In this document: positions 1 through 10,700 of the stretch, piece by piece
Layout: each line of letters begins with the position of its first letter
Numbering within the stretch: the stretch's first letter is position 1
Assembly (NCBI GenBank): GCA_040954595.2
Contig: CM082577.2
Span: 17,749,500-17,813,499 of the forward strand
Direction of reading: 5' to 3'
Source of the DNA: Balanoglossus misakiensis
Taxonomy: Eukaryota; Animalia; Hemichordata
DNA length: 64,000 nucleotides
Notes under the pieces: model-generated
The model's input: only the letters and a program-made list of their open reading frames with translations
What the model was told of the DNA's origin: nothing
The model's database searches: none
Program-made: the position numbers and the translations under genes

Positions 1-274
1 TAAACCCCATACATGTAAAGGATCTACACATTGGCTGTGTAATATGAACTTCACTATATAAACCGCACACCCGATAAAACTGCAAACACATTGTATACAC
101 TAACGTAGACATGTATGAGTGTGTAAAGGATATTAAATACCAGGATTTGATGAATTTATTAATGTGTATTAATCTGTGTTGCAGATCTCTCCAAAGCGGT
201 ACTGTAAGTAATCTTTAAGGTGACGTCTGTGATGAGACCAGTCTATTGGAGGGAACGGTTTCAACTTTGCCAGG

Positions 275-925
275 ATGCTGTCTTCTGAAAGGTCCAAAGG
301 AATTTTCTTGGTTGGGCTTGGATCGGCCATTATATCCATAGGGTACCTGATATTGATATCATTTGACATGAGAGTGGGTCATATCGTCAGTTTGCCTGTT
401 TTCATTGTAGGTTTGTGTTTTCTGGCATCCGGATCACTCAAACTAAGTCGAACATTTCTGAATTTCTTGCGACACCGATTTGCCAAACGCCAACAAAGTA
501 ATGTTTCTGCTGAGACGGAAAAGAGATACATGGTAGACGTGAGCGCATATAAAACGGAAAACGAAAGACTGTTATTGTTGGAATACGAGGCCAAGATGAA
601 GGAAAAAGAAAAACTGTCGAACGACCATGTTACGAGGAAAGATGCTATCGAGAAATCAATGAAGGGTGTGGCACAGGAGGACTATGTGAATGAGATAAGT
701 GACACAGAAAGCATCGCCGTCGTGAACACGGTTAAATCAGGAAACGTCGACACAAATGGTCTAATATCTCTTTATCATCAAAACAACAGGTTATTACAGA
801 ATGAACAGAACTTCACTAGTGTATATAGTACAATACTCAATACCGGAAATTCAAAGCGAAGTAGAGCTCATTCACAAATATGCACCAAGAAGAAGCCACT
901 CTTTGGAAAAGAAACATCCGTCTGA
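275..925 (+). CDS. Putative membrane protein ORF (216 aa, two N-terminal hydrophobic segments, charged low-complexity tail); could be the last exon of an upstream gene
   Basis: 651-nt open frame in AT-rich DNA. GIFLVGLGSAIISIGYLILISF and IVSLPVFIVGLCFLASG look like two TM helices. A possible acceptor (ctttgccag) precedes the ATG. No family recognised. Confidence 0.45.
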   Translation: MLSSERSKGIFLVGLGSAIISIGYLILISFDMRVGHIVSLPVFIVGLCFLASGSLKLSRTFLNFLRHRFAKRQQSNVSAETEKRYMVDVSAYKTENERLLLLEYEAKMKEKEKLSNDHVTRKDAIEKSMKGVAQEDYVNEISDTESIAVVNTVKSGNVDTNGLISLYHQNNRLLQNEQNFTSVYSTILNTGNSKRSRAHSQICTKKKPLFGKETSV

Positions 926-2929
926 TAAATTCGGTGTGAACAGGTACATTTTGTGTGTGAAAATTCCTGCCTTATATTCCCTTCAGTGACTTTAGCAGGA
1001 AAGACATGACGACCACAGAAGTAAATCGTTGTTAGTATCTAGCACCATTCCAAGCTGAATAATGTACGGATAAATCAAAGTTCAATTACAGTTTATTTAA
1101 AAAATACCTTAAGGGATCCAAAACTAGATTTAGCTAAATGTGCTAATTTAACGAGATAAATCGATAACGTCCAAAAATTCGGCTGTTTTGTTTTCGCAGA
1201 CACTGGAGACACTTAATTAGATGAAGATTTATGAGACATTTGTGTTGAATTGACGGGACCAATCTCTTTCCTAGACACGAATTTACACGAATCATAGGAG
1301 TTCAATCATGATTTTCATCTCCGCCCATATTGGCCCTATACCCTGTCATTTCAATTCAAGTACCAAGTAGTTTTGATTTCCGCGTTTTACATATAATGTA
1401 TGACTCAATGGAAGTATGCTAACATATAAGACTAGAATGAAACTAGACCTGAATTCATTTAAAGGATCCTCAAGATATCAGTCACCGGAAAAAACCGAGT
1501 GCACAAAGCCAGACTAATTGGTAATTATCCAAGGCAGAACTAATCCTAAAGTAAACACTATAGAAACTATTATTTTTAAGTGCCACACCCGTTTATTCAA
1601 CTGTTCATTGCAAGAGTACACAACACATATCGTGGTATGCACACAAGTGGGTATTAAAATGTCCATAAAGTCAAAATGGAGTCATTTGTCCAATAAGGAT
1701 AGGGATAAGATGGAAGTATTTTTATTGATTTAAATATGGTAAAAGTGGCAGCTGCTGGAGTTTTAAAGTGCATGAGCTTATAGTACAAAAATGTCTCATT
1801 AAGTGTCTCGTAGCAAATAGTTCTCTTAAGGCACCCAACACATTGAAGTGAAACGTCAGTCTGGACAGATTCATTTACAGAGGGCAAAAACAATCTCCGC
1901 TGTAAACATACCAGGCGTTACCCAAAGTGCAAACTGTCTCCTATGGTCCGCATGAGCAATTAATTTTCAAAAGTGGACTTATTCTATTTATAATGGGTAG
2001 GGGAGAAACAATGATAAGTGAAGTGATAAAAATCCCTGGCTCGGACTACGATGCCTCCATTGTTTTACGCGTGTAATTTCTGAGCCTCGAGGAGGGGGGG
2101 GTGCAACGGAATAAAGAAAACTTGATAATAAGTAAGCAGTGAGAATAAGGCAGCGTTCACAAACACCTCTGGAGAGTTTTAGGCGGGAGAATTTGGAGAA
2201 ATGTTCCCTTTTTTCGTCAGATACCACTCCTTCAGGCACTGTAAAAGTTGAAGTATCTCCCAATTCCTACGCATAATATTTTGTAAAGCCTGCCCCCAGC
2301 TGCACTCCACCAGTGCACAGACATTATTAAAATTGACCCAAATGCTATTGCTGTCATGGTCCTGGTGGGACTGTGGCTCTATGAATGGCCAAAGCTGGAT
2401 TAAATATCAGCCTAATACATATTCTCTATACCATAATAATGCTGTTATTTGGTTTTAAGGTTAATTAAAATTATTTTCAATATTAATATTCTGATTCACT
2501 GACAGCGTTTTGGCCGAGTGGTTGTGTGTGCTAATTGTATTACTAGATGATTTTGTTCAATTTCCTCGGCAGAGTAAACAATGCAATACTTTTTCTGTTA
2601 TTTTCTGCTGCAATTAACAAATATTCTTGTTCTACCCCCTATTCCAGTAGTACACATTTTATGGACATTAAAAAGTGACGGTCTTTTAAATAAATATTAC
2701 AACACATGACTGTTAAATCTAAGACTCAAGTGTGTGAGAACATGGCTGTATACAGTGCTGTCTGTCCAGCACTTGTTAAAACATCATTTCAGCCCGTGAC
2801 AGGCTTCAGTATTCGTTTTGAATACAGATAAAACCAGAATGGTTCAACAAGGATAAGCACTCTTTTGTATACCGGGTAAAGAGGTGCACACACAATTCCC
2901 AGTGGTATAAGATGGTGTAATTTTGTTAT

Positions 2930-3910
2930 ACGTCACAGTGGAGTAGGGTAAGGTGCAAGTGACTGTATCCTTTGGCACGAATTTTATCAAATTGCCACTG
3001 AGGGCGCTATTTTGACCTCTCCTAAAAATCAATGTACATGTCATGTACATGTACTTTTCTGCACGAAAAATTATCATGTGCACAAACAGACCCTGTTCTG
3101 ACTGCAGTTAATGGGATTCGGCTAGTTGAACGTAATAAAATAGAAATATTTAGCTCATCGCTACCATTGTCATCTATGGGAAATGAATTACAGGTTTTGT
3201 GCCAATATGGATTTCTCTGGTACATTGTGTATTTATAGGGTGCAGGATAGCAAATTGTCATTTTTCAAAGTAAATATTTTCTGATTGACGACCAAATTAG
3301 TTTGGCTGAGCAGTAGTATCAAGTGATTTCCTATGTTCAATTCGTGCAAACCCATTCAGTGGTATTACTGAGGGAGATGTTAAGTTTTAAAAATTTGAGC
3401 AAAAATACTGGTAATATTACATTTTCATTGAAAAGTTGGCAAAGGACATTTATAAGTCCGTCTTTTCACTGGTAGTATAATTGTGCGGATTTTTAATTTT
3501 TAATTTTGTTTTCAATATATTGGCACCAGACCTGTAATTCACTTCCTAAAAAGTATAGTGCATTGCCTAATAATATTTTGAGACCTGAATTGATGCTCAA
3601 TAGGATTGACCATGGATATGCAAGTTTTTGGACAAAGCTTTTTGCACTCAAAATTTCCAATGGTGTGAGAGAATATTGTGTATTAATGTTGTTGAACACA
3701 GTAGAGTAGTGTAAGGTGCGGCTACTGTGCACTTTGGCATGAATTTTATCAAAATTACCACTGAGGGCGCTATTTTGACTTGCCTGCACGAAAAATTTAG
3801 TCTGAGCACAAACAGACCTTGTTCTGACCACAATTAATCGGAATATGGCTCGCTGAACATATTAAAAAAGAAATATTCAGTTTAGCGCTACCATTGTCTA
3901 TAGGAAATGC
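2930..3910. repeat. Diverged local duplication / two copies of an interspersed repeat
   Basis: 2935-3190 and 3700-3910 share blocks such as gaattttatcaaa..ccactgagggcgctattttgac and cacaaacagacc.tgttctgac. Confidence 0.55.
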
Positions 3911-4206
3911 AGTTGAGGTCTTCTTCCAAGTCATGCTCAGTTGGAAAACCAACAAAGGAGCATTTATAAAAACCCTGTAGTGTGCTCTGATTGGCAATCA
4001 AGTGTCATATGATTTGTAGATATACCCCTGGTAATTCTGATTGGCTAATGTAAGAATCTGATACTATCTTCACAGCTCAGGTCAGATAGTATAACAACTT
4101 AGGTTTTAAACAACTACCGGTAAGGGTGTTGCAGAATGAAAGAAAAACATCAAAACGGAGAAAAGGTCAGAAAGATGACATATACATGTAAACTAAAGAA
4201 AGTATT

Positions 4207-4502
4207 TAAAGCCCCAGTAGCTGCCACTTTTTGCATTATTTTCACAACTTTACTATCAAACTCAGAATGGTCCATTTAAATAAGCTTACTGTTGACAGTA
4301 TGCACAAACACATTATCAAGCCCTGATATGATTTTGGCTGTAAATAAATGGGTACCATCCCCGTTTATTCAGATGGCCATTGCAGGAGTACATGTACATA
4401 ACTATCGTGATGTGCACACATCATCTATCAACTTCAGATAAGAAGATTGATATATGTTATTGATTAAAAATATGCTAAAGCAAGCAGGTATTAGGCCTTT
4501 AA
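4207..4502. mobile_element. TTAA-flanked MITE (Kolobok-like) of the AGCCCCA(G/T)..AGCTG family
   Basis: ttaa-agccccagtagctgc ... gcaggtattaggcct-ttaa. Related ends occur at ~1750, 12094, 21745, 33880, 43501-44006 and 59944. Confidence 0.5.
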
Positions 4503-5496
4503 ACTAGAAAAGATTACAATCAAAAGGTAAAATAATAAAATTAGATGAGAAATAAATTCCAGACAATTGCCATCTTTGCGAACTCCTTCATTTTTTAACT
4601 CTTCGTGAAAAGAAAGTCTTATCCCATGACACTGTATGTTAAAAAAGGGATAAAATGTTCTACCCTTGCCAAATATGCTTCTTTAGCCAAGATTGGGGTT
4701 ACGAATTAATCAACAATGTAGAAAAGTCCATGCTGGCTACTCATGCCAACATATTCAATATGAACAGATAACATCAGTGTCATTATACATGCAGTCACAT
4801 TCTTAAATTCACTATTAAACATTTGGCATAGAAAATTAATATAAATAATTTTTGGTTAAAAGACTTCAAAGTATTCATCAAACTTTACAGACTATATAAT
4901 TTAAAGGTACATACATATTGTATGAATAACATGTGACAGTGCTTAAACTCAACTTACTCAGGCACAAGCGGTTGAACAATGCAGTGGTTCAGGTTAATAA
5001 GCTCATAAATGTAAACTTGTAACCCAATATACCATATTATTTTCACTTTTTTGCAAAATAATAAATACAACACTGGCTATTATATTTTGTCTCAGGAAAG
5101 ATTCATAAACGCACCACATACTAGTATTTGACATTTAATTATATTTTCAAGCCCCCCCCCCCCCCAAAAAAAAATGTTTGTGTCCCCCAAAGTATCAGAT
5201 TTTGCTACTCCCTCTTCCGTGCAACTCTCTTGATTACTGTTTATCAATACAGCTTTCACCCTCTCCTGCAAGGAGTGTTACAATATGCCACACTGCCAAG
5301 TACATGTATTTTATGCAGTATTGGCCATCTTTCTACTTAAACCTATTTTGAATGCCTTGGCATGGCTTATATACATAATTTAACATCCTTTACACAGCTT
5401 GGCAGTTTGCACCAAATCTTACTGGTTTCCACCAGTTTGGGTAATTATTAGGGTCTTGTATAGGCCCCACTGAGTAACACACACTTGGCAGGTTAA

Positions 5497-5680
5497 AGGT
5501 ATACGGTCACCTATGCAAATTTAGCCACAGTTACCATGGTAAATAAGGATCTAGCCAATCGCTGATTTTCAGTGGGTGGCACACGCGAAAAAAGAGCGCC
5601 ACCATATGTTCTTTAGAACGCTCAAATACGCCATTTCAGCCATATATGGGCGTGTGTAAATTGGAGGTGACCGTATACCT
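5497..5680. mobile_element. 184-bp MITE with TTAA TSD (Kolobok-like)
   Basis: Perfect TIR AGGTATACGGTCACCT / AGGTGACCGTATACCT, with TTAA on both sides (5493-96, 5681-84). Confidence 0.8.
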
Positions 5681-5748
5681 TTAACAGGCCTGGATGCCAG
5701 AAGTTTAGGCCCCCTGGAACTCAAACCAGTTTTAACTGTTTGGCAGGG

Positions 5749-7107
5749 TTAGGTTTCAAGCTCCATCCATGGGAATGTTTGATTTATAAATTTGGCTAAC
5801 TCTCTATTGTATGGTCGGTAGAAATCATAAAGTTTGGTTTTGAGTTCATGACTTAATATTGGTTTAGGTATCCTATGTGGTGAGCTGAAACGACATGAAG
5901 GCTGTGGTAATGCGAGGCAATATATTTTGTATTTTGGATTAAACTCAAAATGGTTTTCAGTGAAATATGGTTCAAGATCTAAAAACTTTTCCACAAGTTT
6001 CATCTGCCCAACAGGTGACTTTGATAGTTGATCTCCATCAAGAATCAATAGTTGATTCAAGGGGAAATGCGCAATCCAGTTTTTTAAATGCTCAACATAT
6101 TTCCCGATATAAATAATTTCTGTTTCACTGTTTACTTCACCATCTTTCCCAATAACTGTCTTTTCAAAAGATGTGGTTACTATTGGTCCATGGCCCATTT
6201 TTAGGGGGGTGTGGTTCTGCTTGCTTTTGATTTGTCTCATAGTCATTAGTTCAACTTCGTGGTGATAATCTGATATGGCTCTCTCCACAGGATCTCGAAC
6301 CAGCATGATAATCTTCACATCTGGCGAGATGTCCGACTTTATACGTTGTGGTGCATCCTGGGTTATCAGGTAACGTGGGGTTTTCTCAAAAACGTGTTGC
6401 TTCTCTGTTGAGTACTGCATCCGAGACCGATAATATTCAATCCCTTTGTCATAGTTCCAGTCAAAGTAGTGCACCTCGTTTCCAAGAGACATTGCAACAT
6501 CAGGGTGAGATCGTAGAAACAGGCCCAAGGCTGTAGTACCAGCTTTTTTGGCACCTACATTTATCACTGTTGGAAGTCGTTTTTCATAGCCAAGGTTTGC
6601 TAATGTTGAGAAATACATTTTCTCTTGTGTGGAGGCGGGGAGATCCATAAAGTTAAAAGTGGTACTTTTTAAAAGACTGCTATCATTCCTTCCGACAGCA
6701 AGAATACTACGCATCACTTTCCGATGGGCATCATCTGGAACCTCTTTGAAAATCTTTCGCGAAAGCTTACCTGGGCGTGATCTAAGCTTTGTCTGATAGA
6801 ATTTCAGTTTTTCCTTGGGTATGATAAACATTTCGCCATCACTCACCAATTCTTTCTCGGTATTTGAGGATGGAATATTTGGACCATTTTTCAGGAGGTA
6901 ATGGGTGAGGCGGTCTGCAGTCATCGCTGACTCTCTATAAACAGTTTGCTGCTTTGGGACAACAAGCTGTCCCAATCTCTGAGAGATGATTTCGGAAAAC
7001 ACGTATGAAATTATAAGTAACAACGCCGCAACCATCACCAAACAAAGAAAACACGTCTTTTTGGAATGCATTAGACCCATGTTATTTTTACTGATAGTCC
7101 CGGGCAT
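5749..7107 (-). CDS. HS3ST: Heparan sulfate glucosamine 3-O-sulfotransferase-like (HS3ST1/5-like) type II membrane protein, single coding exon, 452 aa
   Basis: N-terminal TM anchor. Sulfotransferase motifs RLPTVINVGAKKAGTTAL (5'-PSB), EVHYFDW, EKTPRY, VRDPVERAISDY (3'-PB), LDGDQL, VEKFL and LYDFYRPYN...FPW align with the HS3ST family. Confidence 0.88.
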   Translation of the reverse strand: MPGTISKNNMGLMHSKKTCFLCLVMVAALLLIISYVFSEIISQRLGQLVVPKQQTVYRESAMTADRLTHYLLKNGPNIPSSNTEKELVSDGEMFIIPKEKLKFYQTKLRSRPGKLSRKIFKEVPDDAHRKVMRSILAVGRNDSSLLKSTTFNFMDLPASTQEKMYFSTLANLGYEKRLPTVINVGAKKAGTTALGLFLRSHPDVAMSLGNEVHYFDWNYDKGIEYYRSRMQYSTEKQHVFEKTPRYLITQDAPQRIKSDISPDVKIIMLVRDPVERAISDYHHEVELMTMRQIKSKQNHTPLKMGHGPIVTTSFEKTVIGKDGEVNSETEIIYIGKYVEHLKNWIAHFPLNQLLILDGDQLSKSPVGQMKLVEKFLDLEPYFTENHFEFNPKYKIYCLALPQPSCRFSSPHRIPKPILSHELKTKLYDFYRPYNRELAKFINQTFPWMELET

Positions 7108-7724
7108 TTTAAAGAGATCCTACCGGTGAAACTGAAAGGCAGAGTCGTGGCCACGTCGAATTCTCATATTGCCATCCAACTTGAAAGCAAACTTATGGGT
7201 TTACATTTACGAGTTCAGAAGCGCTACGTGTACAGTCGGTCACGGTCACTCCACACTGAGTCGATCAATAATCCCGTGCGGTCGCCCGCGCCCATCCACC
7301 TCCAGTTTAGTGAATCATGACATTTTACCCTTTCGTTTCGGCATATTCAGAAGCAAGATATTTCACTTCCTATTGTTTCTTGATTGATGGTGACATCGAA
7401 GGGAATTTCATCAACCAAGCCTGGGGTAGTAGAATCCTGCCTCGGTACGAATCATGAATTAATTAAAGCAGGGACCTGCTGATAGCGCCAGATCAGACAG
7501 TTCGATCGACGTTGACCCGGAAGTATGAAATTAGAGGAAGATAAGGGGTACTCAACCAAGCGAGCGTAAAGCGTGTACAATACGCGTGGAGATCTCCCGG
7601 GCGATCTGTCGTTTCCTCATCGTGACCAATGGGCAGCGCAGGAATTGTTTCATAAAGAAGCTGATCACACCTGGGAAAAGTTGCATCTTCCACAAGGAGT
7701 AGGAGTTTACTATTTTATGAAACA
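7108..7724. promoter_or_regulatory. Candidate bidirectional promoter between divergent HS3ST-like and DUS1L genes
   Basis: Only ~617 bp between the two start codons. CpG-rich relative to the flanks. ETS/GABP-type CCGGAAGT at 7517-7524. Confidence 0.5.
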
Positions 7725-7788
7725 ATGGAAGTGGGTCAAAACAAGCCATACACAGAACCATCTTCCCCGGGTGGTAGCGGCCATTCAG
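7725..7788 (+). CDS. DUS1L: DUS1L exon 1 ([21 protein letters not shown])
   Basis: First in-frame ATG after an in-frame stop. The phase-1 donor CAG|GTAGAA matches the phase of exon 2. No homology support. Confidence 0.6.
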
Positions 7789-10700
7789 GTAGAACTTTCC
7801 GCTTTCTCACGTTGTACTGTTTTCTGTCTCACAGAGTTGATTATCTGTTTTCTTCTGCTGTATTATTCTGTTACACATGAGTATTCCGTCCTGCGGGGGA
7901 TTGCCGGAGAGAATGTTTTTTTTTGTTTTTTTGTTTTTTTGGGGGGGGAACACTCTGGCAAGGGGATCTCCAATATGTGAGTGACTTGTCGCCCAGTACA
8001 TGTATAACATACTGCTCTAGGCATACATGGACATGTGAGTTGCTGTGGAAACACAGCTGTATACCGTTGTGGAGGAGATAGGCAAATTGTTCGTGGGGTA
8101 ATTAGCATATCCCTCCCCATTCCCCACGGTACTGCTGCGTTTCCACATGTGAGGGGTCAGAGTGTCAACATGTCAACAGTGAATCCATGGTACATGTACA
8201 CCCCACAACCCCCCCCCCCCCCACCATGGTGAAACCCTGCTTTGTAATACATCTTGATGTACCATACTCTCTTTTAGTACTGTACATGTCGAGTACAACA
8301 GTTCTCTAGCTGGAGGTACTACTACATTATAGCCCTACCAAGCAGAGCAATATATCTCCATAGACCTGGTGAAGTTATTGGATACATCTTTACCCCATAA
8401 TGGTATCACCCATGGGGTAAAGACATGTCCACCTGACCATGGACCACTTTGAAGATAGAATAACGCAGGGGGTTGTGGGACAGTTTGCGTTCTGAGCGCG
8501 TGCGTTAGCCATTTACTAGACGCTATATTGAACGCAAATTATACCATTATGCATTGAAGATATCCTATCCACGAAGTGGTCTATGGTCACAGGTCACATG
8601 TATTTTAGGGTGTAAGTGTGAAGCAATTAGAACACAAGAATTCATTTGTGAACAATAACAACTCATTACACATGTGCACTGGCTATGTTGACAACCAGAA
8701 TACTGGGCATTTTATCGCGTTATAAAGGGTAACTACAAAATGTATGTACTGGTTTTTACAATGTAACATACTGGCTTGCCAGGCTTGCATTAGTATTTTT
8801 AAACCATTCAGTTTTTTAAGAAATTCTTTGTGTCCACAAGTAGCTAAAAAGATATCAAACCCTTTGTTGTTTCACTTTTTTTATAGAAAAGGAAAAGCTT
8901 GACAAATTTGTATTCTGGGAAAAAGTTCTCAAGTCGGCAAGATATGTGGTGGCACCTATGGTTGATCAGAGTGAGCTTGCTTGGAGAATGTTGAGTAGAA
9001 GATATGGTGCTCAGCTATGTTATTCACCAATGCTACATGCGTCAGTGTTCATACGTGATGAAGGTTACAGGAAAGAAGCTTTACAGTCCTGTCCGGAAGA
9101 TAGACCTTTAATAATACAGGTACATGTAACTGATACCTGGCTGTACATATAATGTGCATATATACTGTAAAACGGGTTATTTTCGTGACAGGAAATTTTC
9201 GAAATATCAAAAGAGAAAACTGTTACGCGAGAATTAATTTTCGCGTTCTCGTATTTCACTCACTTCATTGTTATCTCCAAAAAACATTTTACGTGACTTT
9301 TTATTTTAACGTTTTTTCTGGCTCTCGCGTATTTTGCAAAAATTTATTGCTTGCGAAAATAACCCGTTTTACAGTACATGTACAAGTATGTACACACACA
9401 GAGGGGAGGGTATGCATTGTACATCAGGGCTCACATTCACATCAATTTCTTGCCTTTTCACACAAAACTGTCACTGTTGCATGACATGCACGCAGAAAAA
9501 AATCCATTGAAAGATAATAGAACCTACTACGCGCCACCAGTAATATCAACGTTGGCCGGCCCAGCACCATGTGTGCAGAAACTGGGCACATGTCATCTCT
9601 ATAATTTTTGCTAATATTATCCAGAGCCATTACTCAGACATTCCTGGAATTATTTGTTTCATCCTATTGACCCAGCTATAAATGTGTTGTCCATTACTCT
9701 GGCTTCTATTTTGTAGTTTTGTGCCAATGATCCCAAAATATTTGTGGAAGCCGCCAAGCTAGCAGAAGATCATGCTGATGCTATTGATCTCAATCTTGGA
9801 TGTCCTCAGTGTATTGCTAAACGAGGTATGTGTATATTTATGTATTACCTAAAATGATGTCAATATTTACCTTTCATATTATAGGGCGGTCAAATTTGCA
9901 TTAATACTGAAAACTTCTGGGTACTCTTCGCCATATTGATATCACTATTAGGCACCTTTCAGGAAACTTGTATGTGAGGTTCATGACATTTGAAATGCTT
10001 ATCACATGAAAGAAATGGCCTGGTGAAATCAATAAGAGAAAAGTGGGATTTGGAAAGAAGACATTTGACACAACGATCATGGATGCATGCTTACAGCTGG
10101 GTGAGTCCGGTCCTGTCTGAGCCAGCATACTGTATTCCGGGAATGGTTTGAAGCAAGCTCAGCATGAAACTGAAACTATATTCCACGTGTCATTGAAATG
10201 TATAAGTACGTGGAAACATGTCGCGGTAGATTTGTAGAGAATCGATAACATTTGTCTGAGGTCCAAGGCTGAGATTCTGATTCTTGCCTAGGGCTAGAAG
10301 TTGCATGGCTCCACCATAACCACTTGTATTATATTACCATGACCTGTGCGCCGCATTTTAATTGGTCGAAATGAATGATGTCACTGACCATAAATACTCA
10401 GTAATGGTTTGTTTACATGCCCGTAAATCTGAATAGTAATATTAGCATACAGTTCAGTGAATACAACATTTTGCGTAACACAAGTTCCGTGGCCCCTAGT
10501 CTTTTGCGTGGGATATTTTCGTAAATTTTGACGGTTTTCTTGAGTTCGTTGGTAATATAATGGAAATAACCGACTCCGCCCTGACCTTTAACGTTTGTTT
10601 ATGGGCTCAGGCTCGAAAGGAAATGTGATGAAGGTTTTTGTTTTATACAGTCAACCTTTGTGTGGATTTTTTGCAAAGATGTACTGCATCTGAATTTATA

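Noticed and set aside
7573-7980. 135-aa ORF in the promoter region
   Set aside because: Non-ATG start, no recognisable motif, and it runs through a splice donor into low-complexity intron sequence in a different frame from DUS1L exon 1.
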